The notes: generated by a model not told the origin, from the letters alone. Shown: positions 17,175-26,575, numbered from the stretch's first letter. The stretch is 64,000 nt of DNA from an uncultured Clostridia bacterium (GCA_947591785.1 CANQDK010000007.1:4986-68985); one strand, 5' to 3'. Numbers and translations: made by a program.

Positions 17175-17630
17175 AGTAAACACTCCAAAGTAGTTTAATT
17201 ATACAACATTATTGCCTAATTAGTCAATAATTTTTCGTCAAGTCAGTTAATTTTATATTTTTTTAATCTGCAAAATCAAAAAAAACAATAATTTTAATAA
17301 ATAAAACAAAGGGTAAATCAATAGAAATCAATGTATAAAATAGGAATAAAATAAAGATGTTGCAGAGTTATTTATTCAATTTGGTGTAAATGTAAACGCA
17401 ATAAAGTAAATAAGATTAAAACGAATACAGCGAATAATTTGTAACTATACACCTATGTTTCTAACTTTTTCACTTATTTTTCATTTTCTTTGTGGAATTT
17501 TTCGCCTGAAACTTCTTTTGTCACTTCATCAAGAAACCTGACATATATATCTCCAACCTTTATATTTTTGTTACTTATATATTGAATATAATTTAAACAT
17601 TATAGATTAAACATTACAATAGATTAAACC

Positions 17631-18326
17631 TTACAAAATTTCAACAAGCTTGTTTCCAACAATATCACATGAAGTCAAAAAATATTTAATGCCGTTTTTT
17701 TCATAAATCAAATTTTGCTTACAGTAAGAATGAATATGTCCATAAACCACATAACAAACACCATATTTTTCAAGTAGTCTTGTCACTTCATTGTCCTCTT
17801 CACGAAATGTATATGGTGGATAATGCAACATACAAACTATTTTTTCATTTGAGGTTTGCAACTTTTTTGCTGCTTGCAATGTCATTTCCAGACGAATCAG
17901 CTCTCTTTTATAAATTTTTTCATTTTCAGCAGTCATTGGTTTTGTCTTATCAGGTAAAATCCAAAGCCTTGTTCCACAAATTATCACATCATCAAATTTT
18001 ATCGCATCATTTTGAATAGCAAAGAAATCTTCTGGCAAAATTGAGCGAACAGCACTAATACTATTCCACCAATAATCATGATTACCACGAATAATGACTT
18101 TTTTTCCAGGCAAACTTTTAAGCATGTTGAAATCTGCGACAGAATCTTCCAATTTCATCGCCCAAGAAAAATCTCCTGCCATAAGCACAATGTCGTCGCT
18201 TCCAACCTTTTCACACCAGTCGGCAAAAATCTTGTCAACATATCCTTCCCAAGTTGGCCCAAAAATATCCATAGGTTTCGGATTGTTGACGGAAAGGTGT
18301 AAATCACTAATTGCAAAAATTTTCAC
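17631..18326 (-). CDS. metallophosphoesterase (calcineurin-like phosphoesterase family)
   Basis: 231 aa. Motifs ISDLHL, GDFSW, GNHDYWW and GHIH. The GTG start overlaps the upstream stop (GTGA). Confidence 0.85.
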   Translation of the reverse strand: MKIFAISDLHLSVNNPKPMDIFGPTWEGYVDKIFADWCEKVGSDDIVLMAGDFSWAMKLEDSVADFNMLKSLPGKKVIIRGNHDYWWNSISAVRSILPEDFFAIQNDAIKFDDVIICGTRLWILPDKTKPMTAENEKIYKRELIRLEMTLQAAKKLQTSNEKIVCMLHYPPYTFREEDNEVTRLLEKYGVCYVVYGHIHSYCKQNLIYEKNGIKYFLTSCDIVGNKLVEIL

Positions 18327-18745
18327 AGGCTTTTTAACACCTCTTGAACAAGACGCATATCAACTTGCCCATTAAAATTGTTTTTAAAGTGCTTCATAAC
18401 AAATGGAACACTCTTATCATCAAGGCCAAGAATAATCTTTTTAATCTCATCAGCACTAAACATTTTTGGAAGATAGCTTTTTGCAATATCAATTTGTTTG
18501 TCAATATTTGCAACTTCCTCAACATTACCAACTTTTGAATAATTTTCTTTTTCATCGGAAAGTTCTTTGATTGTTTTTTGGATAATGTTGGAAAGTTCTG
18601 CATCAGCAAGAGGCTTTTCACGGTCACCTTTAGCAATCTTCTCCAAAAGAATTTTGTTCATAAGCACACTAAAAAAAGCACGTGCCACTGTATCTTTATT
18701 TTTCATAGCCTCAATATTGGCTTTCTTTATTTGTTCTTCAATCAT
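18323..18745 (-). CDS. GatB/YqeY domain-containing protein
   Basis: YqeY-like N-terminus IKKANIEAMKNKD..AR..FSVLMNKI. The start is set at the ATG preceded by AAGGAG. TGA stop. Confidence 0.8.
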   Translation of the reverse strand: MIEEQIKKANIEAMKNKDTVARAFFSVLMNKILLEKIAKGDREKPLADAELSNIIQKTIKELSDEKENYSKVGNVEEVANIDKQIDIAKSYLPKMFSADEIKKIILGLDDKSVPFVMKHFKNNFNGQVDMRLVQEVLKSL

Positions 18746-18827
18746 AAAAGTTCTCCTTTTTAACACTTTCAAGTATAATATTTTTTTTTAATAAAATCAA
18801 ATGTTTGAAAGTTTTTTCAGTATTTTG

Positions 18828-18856
18828 TTGACTTACAAAAATATTTGTGCTATAAT
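18828..18856 (+). promoter_or_regulatory. consensus sigma-70 promoter for tRNA-Met (TTGACT-17 nt-TATAAT)
   Basis: TTGACT at 18828-18833 and TATAAT at 18851-18856. The tRNA 5' end lies 11 nt downstream of the -10. Confidence 0.55.
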
Positions 18857-18867
18857 TCTTTCGCTAT

Positions 18868-18944
18868 GGTGATGTAGCTCAGCTGGCTAGAGCGTATGGT
18901 TCATACCCATAAGGTCGGTGGTTCGAGCCCACCTATCACCACCA
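18868..18944 (+). tRNA. tRNA-Met, elongator type (anticodon CAT), CCA encoded
   Basis: GGTGATGTAGCTCAGCTGGCTAGAGCGTATGGTTCATACCCATAAGGTCGGTGGTTCGAGCCCACCTATCACCACCA. It closely resembles Bacillus elongator tRNA-Met. It lacks the three G-C pairs in the anticodon stem and the 1-72 mismatch of initiator tRNA. A lysidine-modified tRNA-Ile2 cannot be excluded from sequence alone. Confidence 0.85.
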
Positions 18945-19009
18945 TAATAACATTAATGCTCAGCGAGAACTATCTCCTTATCTGAAGCAAGTAGAATATA
19001 AGTCTTTAA

Positions 19010-19040
19010 GGTTCAAGCCCACCTATCACCACTATAATAA
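19010..19040 (+). repeat. orphan duplicate of the tRNA-Met 3' end (T-arm/acceptor fragment)
   Basis: GGTTCAAGCCCACCTATCACCACTATAATAA matches GGTTCGAGCCCACCTATCACCACCATAATAA at 18920-18950 with 2 mismatches, exactly 90 nt downstream. There is no matching 5' half, so it is not a tRNA. Confidence 0.7.
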
Positions 19041-19130
19041 ACTTTAACACAACTTACAAAGTTTAAACAATATGTTAAATTTTTTATAATGGTAAATAGA
19101 TTTTATAAAAATTTTAGGAGTTTTATAAAC

Positions 19131-19370
19131 ATGAGTGAAAAAAGAAAGGGATTTGTAAGTGGATTTCAAGGCATATTTAAAGGAATAAAAGAAATTGGAA
19201 AAACCATGATTGGTGAACCTGCAAAACTTTCCACAGAAGTTTTTAAAACAAACAGTTTTATACGTGCATTTTTGGAAGAATCAAAATTCAGTCCAAAACC
19301 AAACTATGAAAAACGCACCGCAGAGGCAGTGGAAGGAATCAATAATTATTTAAAAGAAAGAGAAAAATAA
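19131..19370 (+). CDS. hypothetical small protein (79 aa)
   Basis: ATG preceded by TAGGAG. MSEKRKGFVSGFQGIFKGIKEIGKTMIGEP... has no recognisable family. It is followed by a clean terminator. Confidence 0.5.
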   Translation: MSEKRKGFVSGFQGIFKGIKEIGKTMIGEPAKLSTEVFKTNSFIRAFLEESKFSPKPNYEKRTAEAVEGINNYLKEREK

Positions 19371-19414
19371 TTTTAATTAAAAGAATAAAAAAAACAATTT
19401 TGTTCTATCAAAAA

Positions 19415-19435
19415 AACCGAACATTTAGTTCGGTT
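19415..19435. terminator. bidirectional rho-independent terminator
   Basis: AACCGAAC-ATTTA-GTTCGGTT with an A-run before and a T-run after. It sits between convergent genes. Confidence 0.65.
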
Positions 19436-19441
19436 TTTTTA

Positions 19442-22132
19442 TCATGGAATCTTTCGATCAATGCTGTCGGTTTTTTTGCGAATTTCCTCAGCTTCTTTTC
19501 TGATTTGTTCTTGTTTCGCCAAGGCGTCAGCACGATCTCTTTCCGCCTTAGCCAGTTTTGTTTTCACTTGATCCAAGTCGGCACTCATTTTTGCTGTATC
19601 AGCTTTAATAGCAGTCGTGTCGTTATTAATGGCTTCCACAGCATGTCTTGCACGGGTAACTGCACCAGTTGTTGCACTTTGCCTGTTCTTGACATCAGTC
19701 AAATCATTATGCATATCTGTTCGAGTCTTATCAAACTCACTACTCATGTTCGTATTCAAATCAGTAATTCCGCTATAAATTTCACCTCTTACCTCTCTTG
19801 TTGCCTCAGTTCCTTCGTCAACAGCATCTCTAACATTTGACATTCCAGAATTAACCCTTGAAAACCCTCTATTCATATCATTATGTATTCCGCCCACAGT
19901 GTCTTGCATTTGTGCAAATGCTCCACCACTTCGCTTGCCATTTCTTCCTTTTGCACCTTGCAAATAATCTCTAAGACTTTCTGTGGCTTCAGCATTCCTT
20001 CTTTGCCAATCTGTTTTCTTCCAGAAAGTATTTTCTTTGAACCCAGAAAGGAACTTATCTCCACCCAAGACTTTGTTTGCAGTATCAAATACTGCGTTAA
20101 ATGTTTGTCCTACACCCTTAGACACTCCTGATGCAAATTTCATTGTTCCATTTTTAAATTTTGTATATTTAGAATTATCATAAGCAGTTTGTGCTGTCTT
20201 TAAGCCCACTTTAGCTGTATTTTCATTTGTTTTTGCAGTTTTCAAAGCAGTTTTTGCAGCACTAACTTTGCTTCTTGCAGCAGCAATCTCTGCTGGTGTT
20301 TGAGCCAAAGCAAGCTCTTCTTGAGCCTCTGCCAAATTACTCTCTGCTTTTGCAGTTGCTTCTTGTGCACTATCAAATGTTGCTTGTGCATTATCTAAAT
20401 TAATTCCTGCTTTACCGCGAATTTTTGACTTAGCAAAACGTGTTAAACGATTGTTTGTAAGTTTGCCCCCAGTAGCCTTATTGATGCCCTTAGCAACAAG
20501 TTTAGTTGCACCCAATCCCATTTTTCCTGCAATTTTTGCGGCACCCAAAGTCATTGTAGTTGCCTTACCGACAGTTGAACCAACTTCTTCTGAAATTTTT
20601 CCACCTGTTTCATTTGCATCTGCAGCACCTATAAGTCCACTTAGGGTTGCAATTAATGCTTTGATTGTAATAAGCCCAACAATAATGATAAGCGTCTGCA
20701 CAAACGCATCTGCAATTGGAATTCTAAAGAAATCAATCTGGTTTATATATGGCAAAACAAGAAAAACGATATTCATTCCAACAACCGCTCCATACGCCAT
20801 CAAAACTTGTTTCAAAAAGTTTTCTGTCCAGCCCTTGGACCACTTTCCACTGGCATCAATAGGACCAAGCCCAAAGATAGGTGGAGCAATCAAAAACAAG
20901 CCAATACACATAAAGAGCCTTGTCATCAATCCCATTATAATGTTCAAGAAAATTGTCAAGCAAATAATTATAGAGCCAAATCCAACAATAAAGTTGAAAT
21001 TCCAAAGGTCATAATAATACCAAACTGCACCAACATTAAATTTTGAAAATGAACCAGCAAAAGATGTCAAAAAGTTTGTGAAATAACTCTCTGAAACCCA
21101 AGGCAAAAGTCCTCCAACAACATTTCCAGCATTTGCAACAGCATTTGAGCCACTGTAATTTAATAAAACCAATCCCTTTGGATGCAAATTACATGCAAAA
21201 GCAGTGTCAATCAAATTTGCAAGTTCTTCATCTGTTTCTGCATTTTGAAATAGTTTAAACCCCTGCCAACCATTATTATTTATTATTCCAAAAGTATCAT
21301 ACTCACTCCCAGTGAAATTTACTTTGTTTGATTTCCATTTATATGTTCTTGCACGATTTGCATTATAAGCTGCCACTTTAAACATAGAGCCTGAAAAAGT
21401 TTGATTTGTTGAGGCTACAAGAGCACTTTCCTTTTTAAGCGAATCATTATTAGGCCAATCATTTTGATTTTGAACACCATACGAAATTTGACACGAAAAG
21501 CCAAATATATCATAATAAATATAGGTTCGTTCACCTTTGACATTTGAGGTTTCTGCTTGACCACGTGACGTCATGGTTGGCTCTTGTAAATAAGTATCCA
21601 AAGCATCCTGTCCAAAATCTTGGATTAACACTGAATTATTTACAGAAGTTATGGAATCAAGTGCTTGCAAAACTGCTTGTGAAAGATAAAGTCCTAAAAC
21701 AACAATAACTGGCACAGATACAATTCTAACAACAGCCTTTCCTGCAGCATAAACATATTGCATTGGACCTTTTGCAGATTTATCATCATAAGAATAGTGA
21801 CTTTTGATAAGAGCAACAAATGTTGCAATGCATGTGACAATGATTCCAAAAAGAATAAATGCCCAGAAAACAGTTGAAAGAGCAGAATATGGGGTGTCTG
21901 TTCCGAATGCCCCTGCAGTGAAATCAATTCCTAAAATTCCAGCAATGAAATTTGTTACCAAATCCCCTGCAACAGCTTTTCCATTTAAATAATAAACATC
22001 AAGTCCTGCCAACTTTCTAAACAAGAATTGAAGCACATCAATAAGACATGAAAGAGAGGCATAGAACAAATATACAAGTTTTGGAATTAAATCAAATAAG
22101 GCTTTAAAGAAATCACCTATCCAATCAAACAT
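19442..22132 (-). CDS. large polytopic membrane protein with long Ala/Lys/Thr-rich coiled-coil C-terminal half; function unknown
   Basis: 896 aa. RBS AAGGAGAG. The N-terminal ~520 aa have multiple hydrophobic helices (e.g. LSTVFWAFILFGIIVTCIATFVALI, IVGFGSIIICLTIFLNIIMGLM, VQTLIIIVGLITIKALIATL) and a ~220-aa loop. The C-terminal ~370 aa are heptad-like (NLAEAQEELALAQTPAEIAAARSKVSAAKTALKTAKT...). TGA-TAA tandem stop. Confidence 0.85.
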   Translation of the reverse strand: MFDWIGDFFKALFDLIPKLVYLFYASLSCLIDVLQFLFRKLAGLDVYYLNGKAVAGDLVTNFIAGILGIDFTAGAFGTDTPYSALSTVFWAFILFGIIVTCIATFVALIKSHYSYDDKSAKGPMQYVYAAGKAVVRIVSVPVIVVLGLYLSQAVLQALDSITSVNNSVLIQDFGQDALDTYLQEPTMTSRGQAETSNVKGERTYIYYDIFGFSCQISYGVQNQNDWPNNDSLKKESALVASTNQTFSGSMFKVAAYNANRARTYKWKSNKVNFTGSEYDTFGIINNNGWQGFKLFQNAETDEELANLIDTAFACNLHPKGLVLLNYSGSNAVANAGNVVGGLLPWVSESYFTNFLTSFAGSFSKFNVGAVWYYYDLWNFNFIVGFGSIIICLTIFLNIIMGLMTRLFMCIGLFLIAPPIFGLGPIDASGKWSKGWTENFLKQVLMAYGAVVGMNIVFLVLPYINQIDFFRIPIADAFVQTLIIIVGLITIKALIATLSGLIGAADANETGGKISEEVGSTVGKATTMTLGAAKIAGKMGLGATKLVAKGINKATGGKLTNNRLTRFAKSKIRGKAGINLDNAQATFDSAQEATAKAESNLAEAQEELALAQTPAEIAAARSKVSAAKTALKTAKTNENTAKVGLKTAQTAYDNSKYTKFKNGTMKFASGVSKGVGQTFNAVFDTANKVLGGDKFLSGFKENTFWKKTDWQRRNAEATESLRDYLQGAKGRNGKRSGGAFAQMQDTVGGIHNDMNRGFSRVNSGMSNVRDAVDEGTEATREVRGEIYSGITDLNTNMSSEFDKTRTDMHNDLTDVKNRQSATTGAVTRARHAVEAINNDTTAIKADTAKMSADLDQVKTKLAKAERDRADALAKQEQIRKEAEEIRKKTDSIDRKIP

Positions 22133-22367
22133 TTGTTCTCTCCTTTTATAAAAGACTAAAAATTAAAAATTATATTATATATCTTTTTCATTTTAACAAA
22201 TTAAAATACATTTTGCAACAAATTTCGCGTCAAATTCAACGAATTTTATAAATTAAAACCATATTATTTGTTTTATAATCCCTATTCCAATTTTCAACTA
22301 ATTTGAATCGCAAATTTTCAATTGCTTGTGCTTGATTTTAGTTTCAAAATTGGTTTATAATAAAGTT

Positions 22368-24185
22368 ATGAATGAAAAAATTAGGCAAAAATTGAAAAAA
22401 CTCACCACTCGCCCTGGGGTTTACATCATGCGTGACAAAAATGGTGAAATAATTTATATAGGCAAAGCTAAGAATCTTAAAAACAGAGTGAGCCAATATT
22501 TTCGTGCAACCCCAAAGCCTTCAAAGGTTCAGGCAATGGTTGAACATATTGACGATTTTGACTACTTTATTGCAGTAAGCGAACTTGATGCTCTTGGACT
22601 TGAAAGCAACTTGATTCACAAACATCAACCTTTTTACAATATTTTGCTTAAAGATGGAAAACAATTCCCCTACATCAAAATCAACATGAAAGAAGATTTT
22701 CCTAGGTTGGAAATAGTGCGTAAAGTTTCAAAAAAAGAAGGAGAAAAATATTTTGGCCCATACTTTGCAGGCCTAGATGCACGCGAGATATTAAAAACTA
22801 TCAATTCCGCTTTTAAATTGAGAACTTGCTCTCAAAAGATTAATGGTAAAGCAAAAAGAGAATGCTTAAACTATTCTCTTGGACTCTGTCTTGCCCCTTG
22901 CACAGGAAAAGTAAGTAAGCAAGATTATGCTGAAGAACTTAAAAAAGTCATAAGATTCCTAAATGGCAACGATGACGAAATTGAAAAAATTTTACAAGAA
23001 AAAATGCAAACTGCGGTCGAACTTGAAAATTTTGAAAAGGCAATTGAACTGCGTGAAGCCTTAAAAATGGTCGCAAAATTGAAAGTCAGAATTGTTGCGA
23101 ATCTGCCAAAAGATGTCAACAAAGATGTTTTTGCTTTTCACACTGATGGCTTATCAGGTGTAGTCACGAATATGGTTGTTCGCGGAGGAAAAATTCTCGG
23201 AGTTGCAAACTATGTCCAAAATGACGCCGAATTAGAAGAAAGTGAAACCTTGTTTAATTTTATTTGTCAGTATTATGCCAACTGTATTGTTCCAAACGAA
23301 ATTATTGTTTCTCACGAAATTGACGGTGAGCTACTTAAAGATTTTCTTGGGAAAAATGTTAAAATAATCTCAAATCCTCATGGTGTCAATTTAACTTTAC
23401 TCAAAATGGCTGAGGAAAATGCAGAAGAATATTTGCATAAACATCTCGAAAAAGAGAAGTTGGAATATAATCAAGGAATCGGAGCAATAAAGCAATTGCA
23501 AGAAAAAGTTGGGCTGAAAAAAATTCCTCACAGAATGGAATGTTATGATATTTCTCATATAAGCGGAACAAATAAAGTTGCTTCCATGGTTGTGTTTATT
23601 GACGGACAACCTGCAAAAAATCAATATAGAAAATTTAAAATAAAAACTGTGGAAGGAAACAACGATTTTGCAAGTTTGAAAGAAACACTAACCCGCCGCC
23701 TAACGCGTCTTAAAGAGCAAAATGGCGAAAGTTTCAAGGAAACACCAGATTTGCTTGTTATTGATGGTGGAAAAGGACAACTGTCGTCTTGTTATGAAAT
23801 TTTGCAAGAATTTGGAATGGAAAACAAAATAGAAATGATTTCTCTTGCAAAAAGAATTGAAGAAGTCTTTATAACAAAAAATAACGTCCCAGTAATCTTA
23901 AAAATCGGCAGTGCAGAACTTCGAGTTCTTCAACGTTTGCGTGATGAAGCTCACCGTTTTGCTATCACTTTTCATAGACAATTGCGTGCAAAAACTCAAA
24001 CACATTCTCAACTTGAAGAAATTGACGGACTTGGAAAAGTTAAGATTGATGCCCTCCTTCAAGCTTTTGGAACAACAGAGGAAATCAAAAAAGCAAGTGT
24101 GGAAGAACTGATGCTTGTAAAAGGTATTCATGAATCACTTGCATATAAAATCAAAGAGTTTTTAAACAATTTAGACAACAAATAA
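22368..24185 (+). CDS. uvrC: excinuclease ABC subunit C
   Basis: GIY-YIG domain (GVYIMRDKNGEIIYIGKAKNLKNRVSQYF), UVR domain, RNase H-like endonuclease and a C-terminal (HhH)2. The start is set at MNEKIRQKL. The ORF track begins 14 codons earlier at a non-ATG codon. Confidence 0.95.
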   Translation: MNEKIRQKLKKLTTRPGVYIMRDKNGEIIYIGKAKNLKNRVSQYFRATPKPSKVQAMVEHIDDFDYFIAVSELDALGLESNLIHKHQPFYNILLKDGKQFPYIKINMKEDFPRLEIVRKVSKKEGEKYFGPYFAGLDAREILKTINSAFKLRTCSQKINGKAKRECLNYSLGLCLAPCTGKVSKQDYAEELKKVIRFLNGNDDEIEKILQEKMQTAVELENFEKAIELREALKMVAKLKVRIVANLPKDVNKDVFAFHTDGLSGVVTNMVVRGGKILGVANYVQNDAELEESETLFNFICQYYANCIVPNEIIVSHEIDGELLKDFLGKNVKIISNPHGVNLTLLKMAEENAEEYLHKHLEKEKLEYNQGIGAIKQLQEKVGLKKIPHRMECYDISHISGTNKVASMVVFIDGQPAKNQYRKFKIKTVEGNNDFASLKETLTRRLTRLKEQNGESFKETPDLLVIDGGKGQLSSCYEILQEFGMENKIEMISLAKRIEEVFITKNNVPVILKIGSAELRVLQRLRDEAHRFAITFHRQLRAKTQTHSQLEEIDGLGKVKIDALLQAFGTTEEIKKASVEELMLVKGIHESLAYKIKEFLNNLDNK

Positions 24186-24232
24186 TGTAAAAAACAAATA
24201 AGTTTTGCACAATCATAGATAAAAAAACAAAA

Positions 24233-24253
24233 ACACCACATTGTTTATGGTGT
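24233..24253 (+). terminator. putative uvrC terminator overlapping the 3' end of the convergent GT2 gene
   Basis: ACACCA-(9 nt)-TGGTGT followed by TTTTTT. Confidence 0.4.
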
Positions 24254-25675
24254 TTTTTCTTGAATTGAATTATTTTCCATGTCTTCTTCAATTTCAACTT
24301 CAGAAGAGATTGGCTTCATAATTGTTCTTTCATTTTTTAAAATTGATGTTTTAGGTTCTTCATTCTCACGAGCAGAACGACTTTCTTCAAGACGCAATTC
24401 AACAGTTTCATTATCCATCATTGTAACTGAATGAACAATGGGTTTCCATTCAACTTCTTTTTTAAACATTGATTCAACGAAAATTGGAATATACATTGCC
24501 ATATAAATTGGAAACATCACACAACAAACAATAGAATTCCATGCAGTGATATTTGTATGTTTTCTTTCTGCAAAAAGCATGAGTCCAGCATAGAAAACAA
24601 AGAACAAGTAAATCACAGAAACTGCAATTGCAAATGCAGAGAACACTTTGGCACAATACGGTTCTTCGTTTACAGCACCAACAATTCCAAGAACAAGATT
24701 GAAAAGTGAATAGATTATTGTGCTTGCAAGAATGCAAATGACAGGAAGGATGTTTACAGTGTATTCGTATTTTGTCAATTTGTTTTCTTTATCAAACAAA
24801 AATCCTTTAAAGAGTCTTTTACGATATTTGCTCTGAACTGTTGTAAACCCCTTAACCCATCTTATACGCTGATTCCACGAAGCTTTAATTTTGGAAGGTT
24901 GTTCATCATAAAATTCTGCATATTCATTATAAGTGGATTTAATGTTTGTCACAATTGCATGCATTGAAAGTTCAACGTCCTCAACAAGTTCAAAGAATTT
25001 CCAGCCACCAAGTTTTTCAAGGATTTCACTTGCAATATAAAACCCAGTTCCGCTTAGAATAACTTTTTGATTGAATTTTGAACGACATTTGTTTTGAAAT
25101 GTGTTGAACATTGAGAATGTTAAGGCACTTCCACTTGCAATCCAACCATCGTTCCAATTTTTGCTGTTTCGGTAACCAAGTGCAATTTGGAAACCTGCAT
25201 CATAGGAACGATTCATTTCACTTATGAAAGTTTTTGACAAAACATTGTCAGCATCGCAAATGAAGAAGGCTTCATACTTTTTCCCTGAAGCAAAGATATG
25301 TTGAATAACTTCATCTAGAGCATGTCCTTTTCCTTTCAGTTCCAAATGTTGACGAACAAACACATGTGTGTTGGCATATTTCTTTGCAATTTCACAAGTT
25401 GGGTCAGACGAACTTTCCACAATAATATATGTTTCCAAAAGATTCTGGTCATAGTCCTGCTCTTTTATTGAGATAAGAAGTTGTTCAATAACTCTGCTTT
25501 CGTTTCGAGCAGGAATCAAAATTGCATATTTATGATTCTTTTTTGCAGGTGGACATCTTTTTGATGGGAACAGCCCAATAATATGATATATAATTTTTTG
25601 CATGAGCAAAACCACACTAACAGCCATGCAAATATAGAAAATAACATTCCCTGTATGAAAAATTTGATAATACAT
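24245..25675 (-). CDS. membrane-embedded family-2 glycosyltransferase, processive synthase type (QxxRW)
   Basis: Motifs ILIPARNES, ICDADN and the processive-synthase motif QRIRW. N-terminal and C-terminal TM helices. Acidic C-terminal tail. The start is uncertain: ATG at 25675, or TTG at 25714 as in the ORF track. Confidence 0.85.
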   Translation of the reverse strand: MYYQIFHTGNVIFYICMAVSVVLLMQKIIYHIIGLFPSKRCPPAKKNHKYAILIPARNESRVIEQLLISIKEQDYDQNLLETYIIVESSSDPTCEIAKKYANTHVFVRQHLELKGKGHALDEVIQHIFASGKKYEAFFICDADNVLSKTFISEMNRSYDAGFQIALGYRNSKNWNDGWIASGSALTFSMFNTFQNKCRSKFNQKVILSGTGFYIASEILEKLGGWKFFELVEDVELSMHAIVTNIKSTYNEYAEFYDEQPSKIKASWNQRIRWVKGFTTVQSKYRKRLFKGFLFDKENKLTKYEYTVNILPVICILASTIIYSLFNLVLGIVGAVNEEPYCAKVFSAFAIAVSVIYLFFVFYAGLMLFAERKHTNITAWNSIVCCVMFPIYMAMYIPIFVESMFKKEVEWKPIVHSVTMMDNETVELRLEESRSARENEEPKTSILKNERTIMKPISSEVEIEEDMENNSIQEKTP

Positions 25676-26012
25676 AATGTTTATTTTTAGTCCTTTTTTG
25701 AATTTTAAAAACAATTTTATATATATAATCTTTCATAGATTAACATATTTTATTCAAATTTTCAAGCGATTTTATTAAAAATACTTAAAAAATCTTAAAT
25801 AATAATTCTTAAATCAGAAATTAAATCAAAATTTAAAAATCGCAAAAATTCTTTATTTTTACATTTTTTCACAAAAAATAATAATTTTATTTTATATTTT
25901 TTATAATTTTTAATTAAATTTACAATTTATAATTAAAAATTTTTAATTTTATTTGACTAACAAAATTGTTTTTTGTTATGATAGTTTTATCATAAATAAA
26001 AGGAGAATTTTT

Positions 26013-26495
26013 ATGAAAAGACCTCTCACTCTCACCGCAGGGATTTTGGGAACTGTTGCAAATGTTGGGCTTGTGATTCTGTATGCACTTGCTGCTTATG
26101 TCTTGATTTTTGGAGGAGTAATCGCAGGTGGACAAGCTCCAGAAGCTGGTGCAGCAATTGGATTAGTAACAATCATTGTAGCTATTGCTGCAATCTTCAG
26201 TATTGTTGCACTTATTTTAAATGCTTGCACAATCAATTGCTTCTCTGCATCTGCTGAAAAATTTTCAAAAAAGAAAGCCCTTATAATCACAGCAATTGTA
26301 TTTAATGCTTTGACTGCAATTTGTGGTTTTATTTATACAACCATTTGGACAATAATTTTGGCTTTGGTTGTTGTTGCAACAATTGTTTTGCAAATTGTTG
26401 ACCTTTGCCTTGAAAATAAAAGAATTCGTGAACAAAATAAACCTGCAGCAGAAGCAACTCCTGTTGAAAACACAGAAAATCCAGAACAAAAATAA
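26013..26495 (+). CDS. hypothetical small integral membrane protein (about 4 TM helices)
   Basis: RBS AAAAGGAGAA before the ATG at 26013. MKRPLTLTAGILGTVANVGLVILYALAAYVLIFGG... with a polar C-terminal tail. Confidence 0.7.
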   Translation: MKRPLTLTAGILGTVANVGLVILYALAAYVLIFGGVIAGGQAPEAGAAIGLVTIIVAIAAIFSIVALILNACTINCFSASAEKFSKKKALIITAIVFNALTAICGFIYTTIWTIILALVVVATIVLQIVDLCLENKRIREQNKPAAEATPVENTENPEQK

Positions 26496-26546
26496 ATTTT
26501 AAAATTTATAATTCTCAAATAAGCGGTGAAAAAAATGAGAAAAAAA

Positions 26547-26566
26547 TTAGAGCAAAATTGCTCTAA
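26547..26566. terminator. bidirectional rho-independent terminator
   Basis: TTAGAGCA-AAAT-TGCTCTAA with A/T-run flanks, between convergent genes. Confidence 0.6.
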
Positions 26567-26575
26567 TTTTTATTT

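Noticed and set aside
17470-17570. Short minus-strand reading frame ending ...GDIYVRFLDEVTKEVSGEKFHKENEK as a real small gene
   Set aside because: It has no in-frame start with an RBS; the only ATG with GGAG gives a 7-codon peptide. I treat it as a possible gene remnant only.
9380-19040. Intact prophage, ICE or genomic island at the tRNA-Lys, tRNA-Val or tRNA-Met loci
   Set aside because: No integrase, recombinase, transposase, phage structural or conjugation genes are recognisable anywhere in the window. Only a short tRNA-Met 3' duplication and a decayed paralogue remain.
19400-21046. Plus-strand ORFs (146, 187, 79 aa etc.) opposite the 896-aa gene
   Set aside because: These are shadow ORFs in the antisense frames of a long, RBS-preceded minus-strand gene. 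They are hydrophobic or low-complexity translations without start signals.
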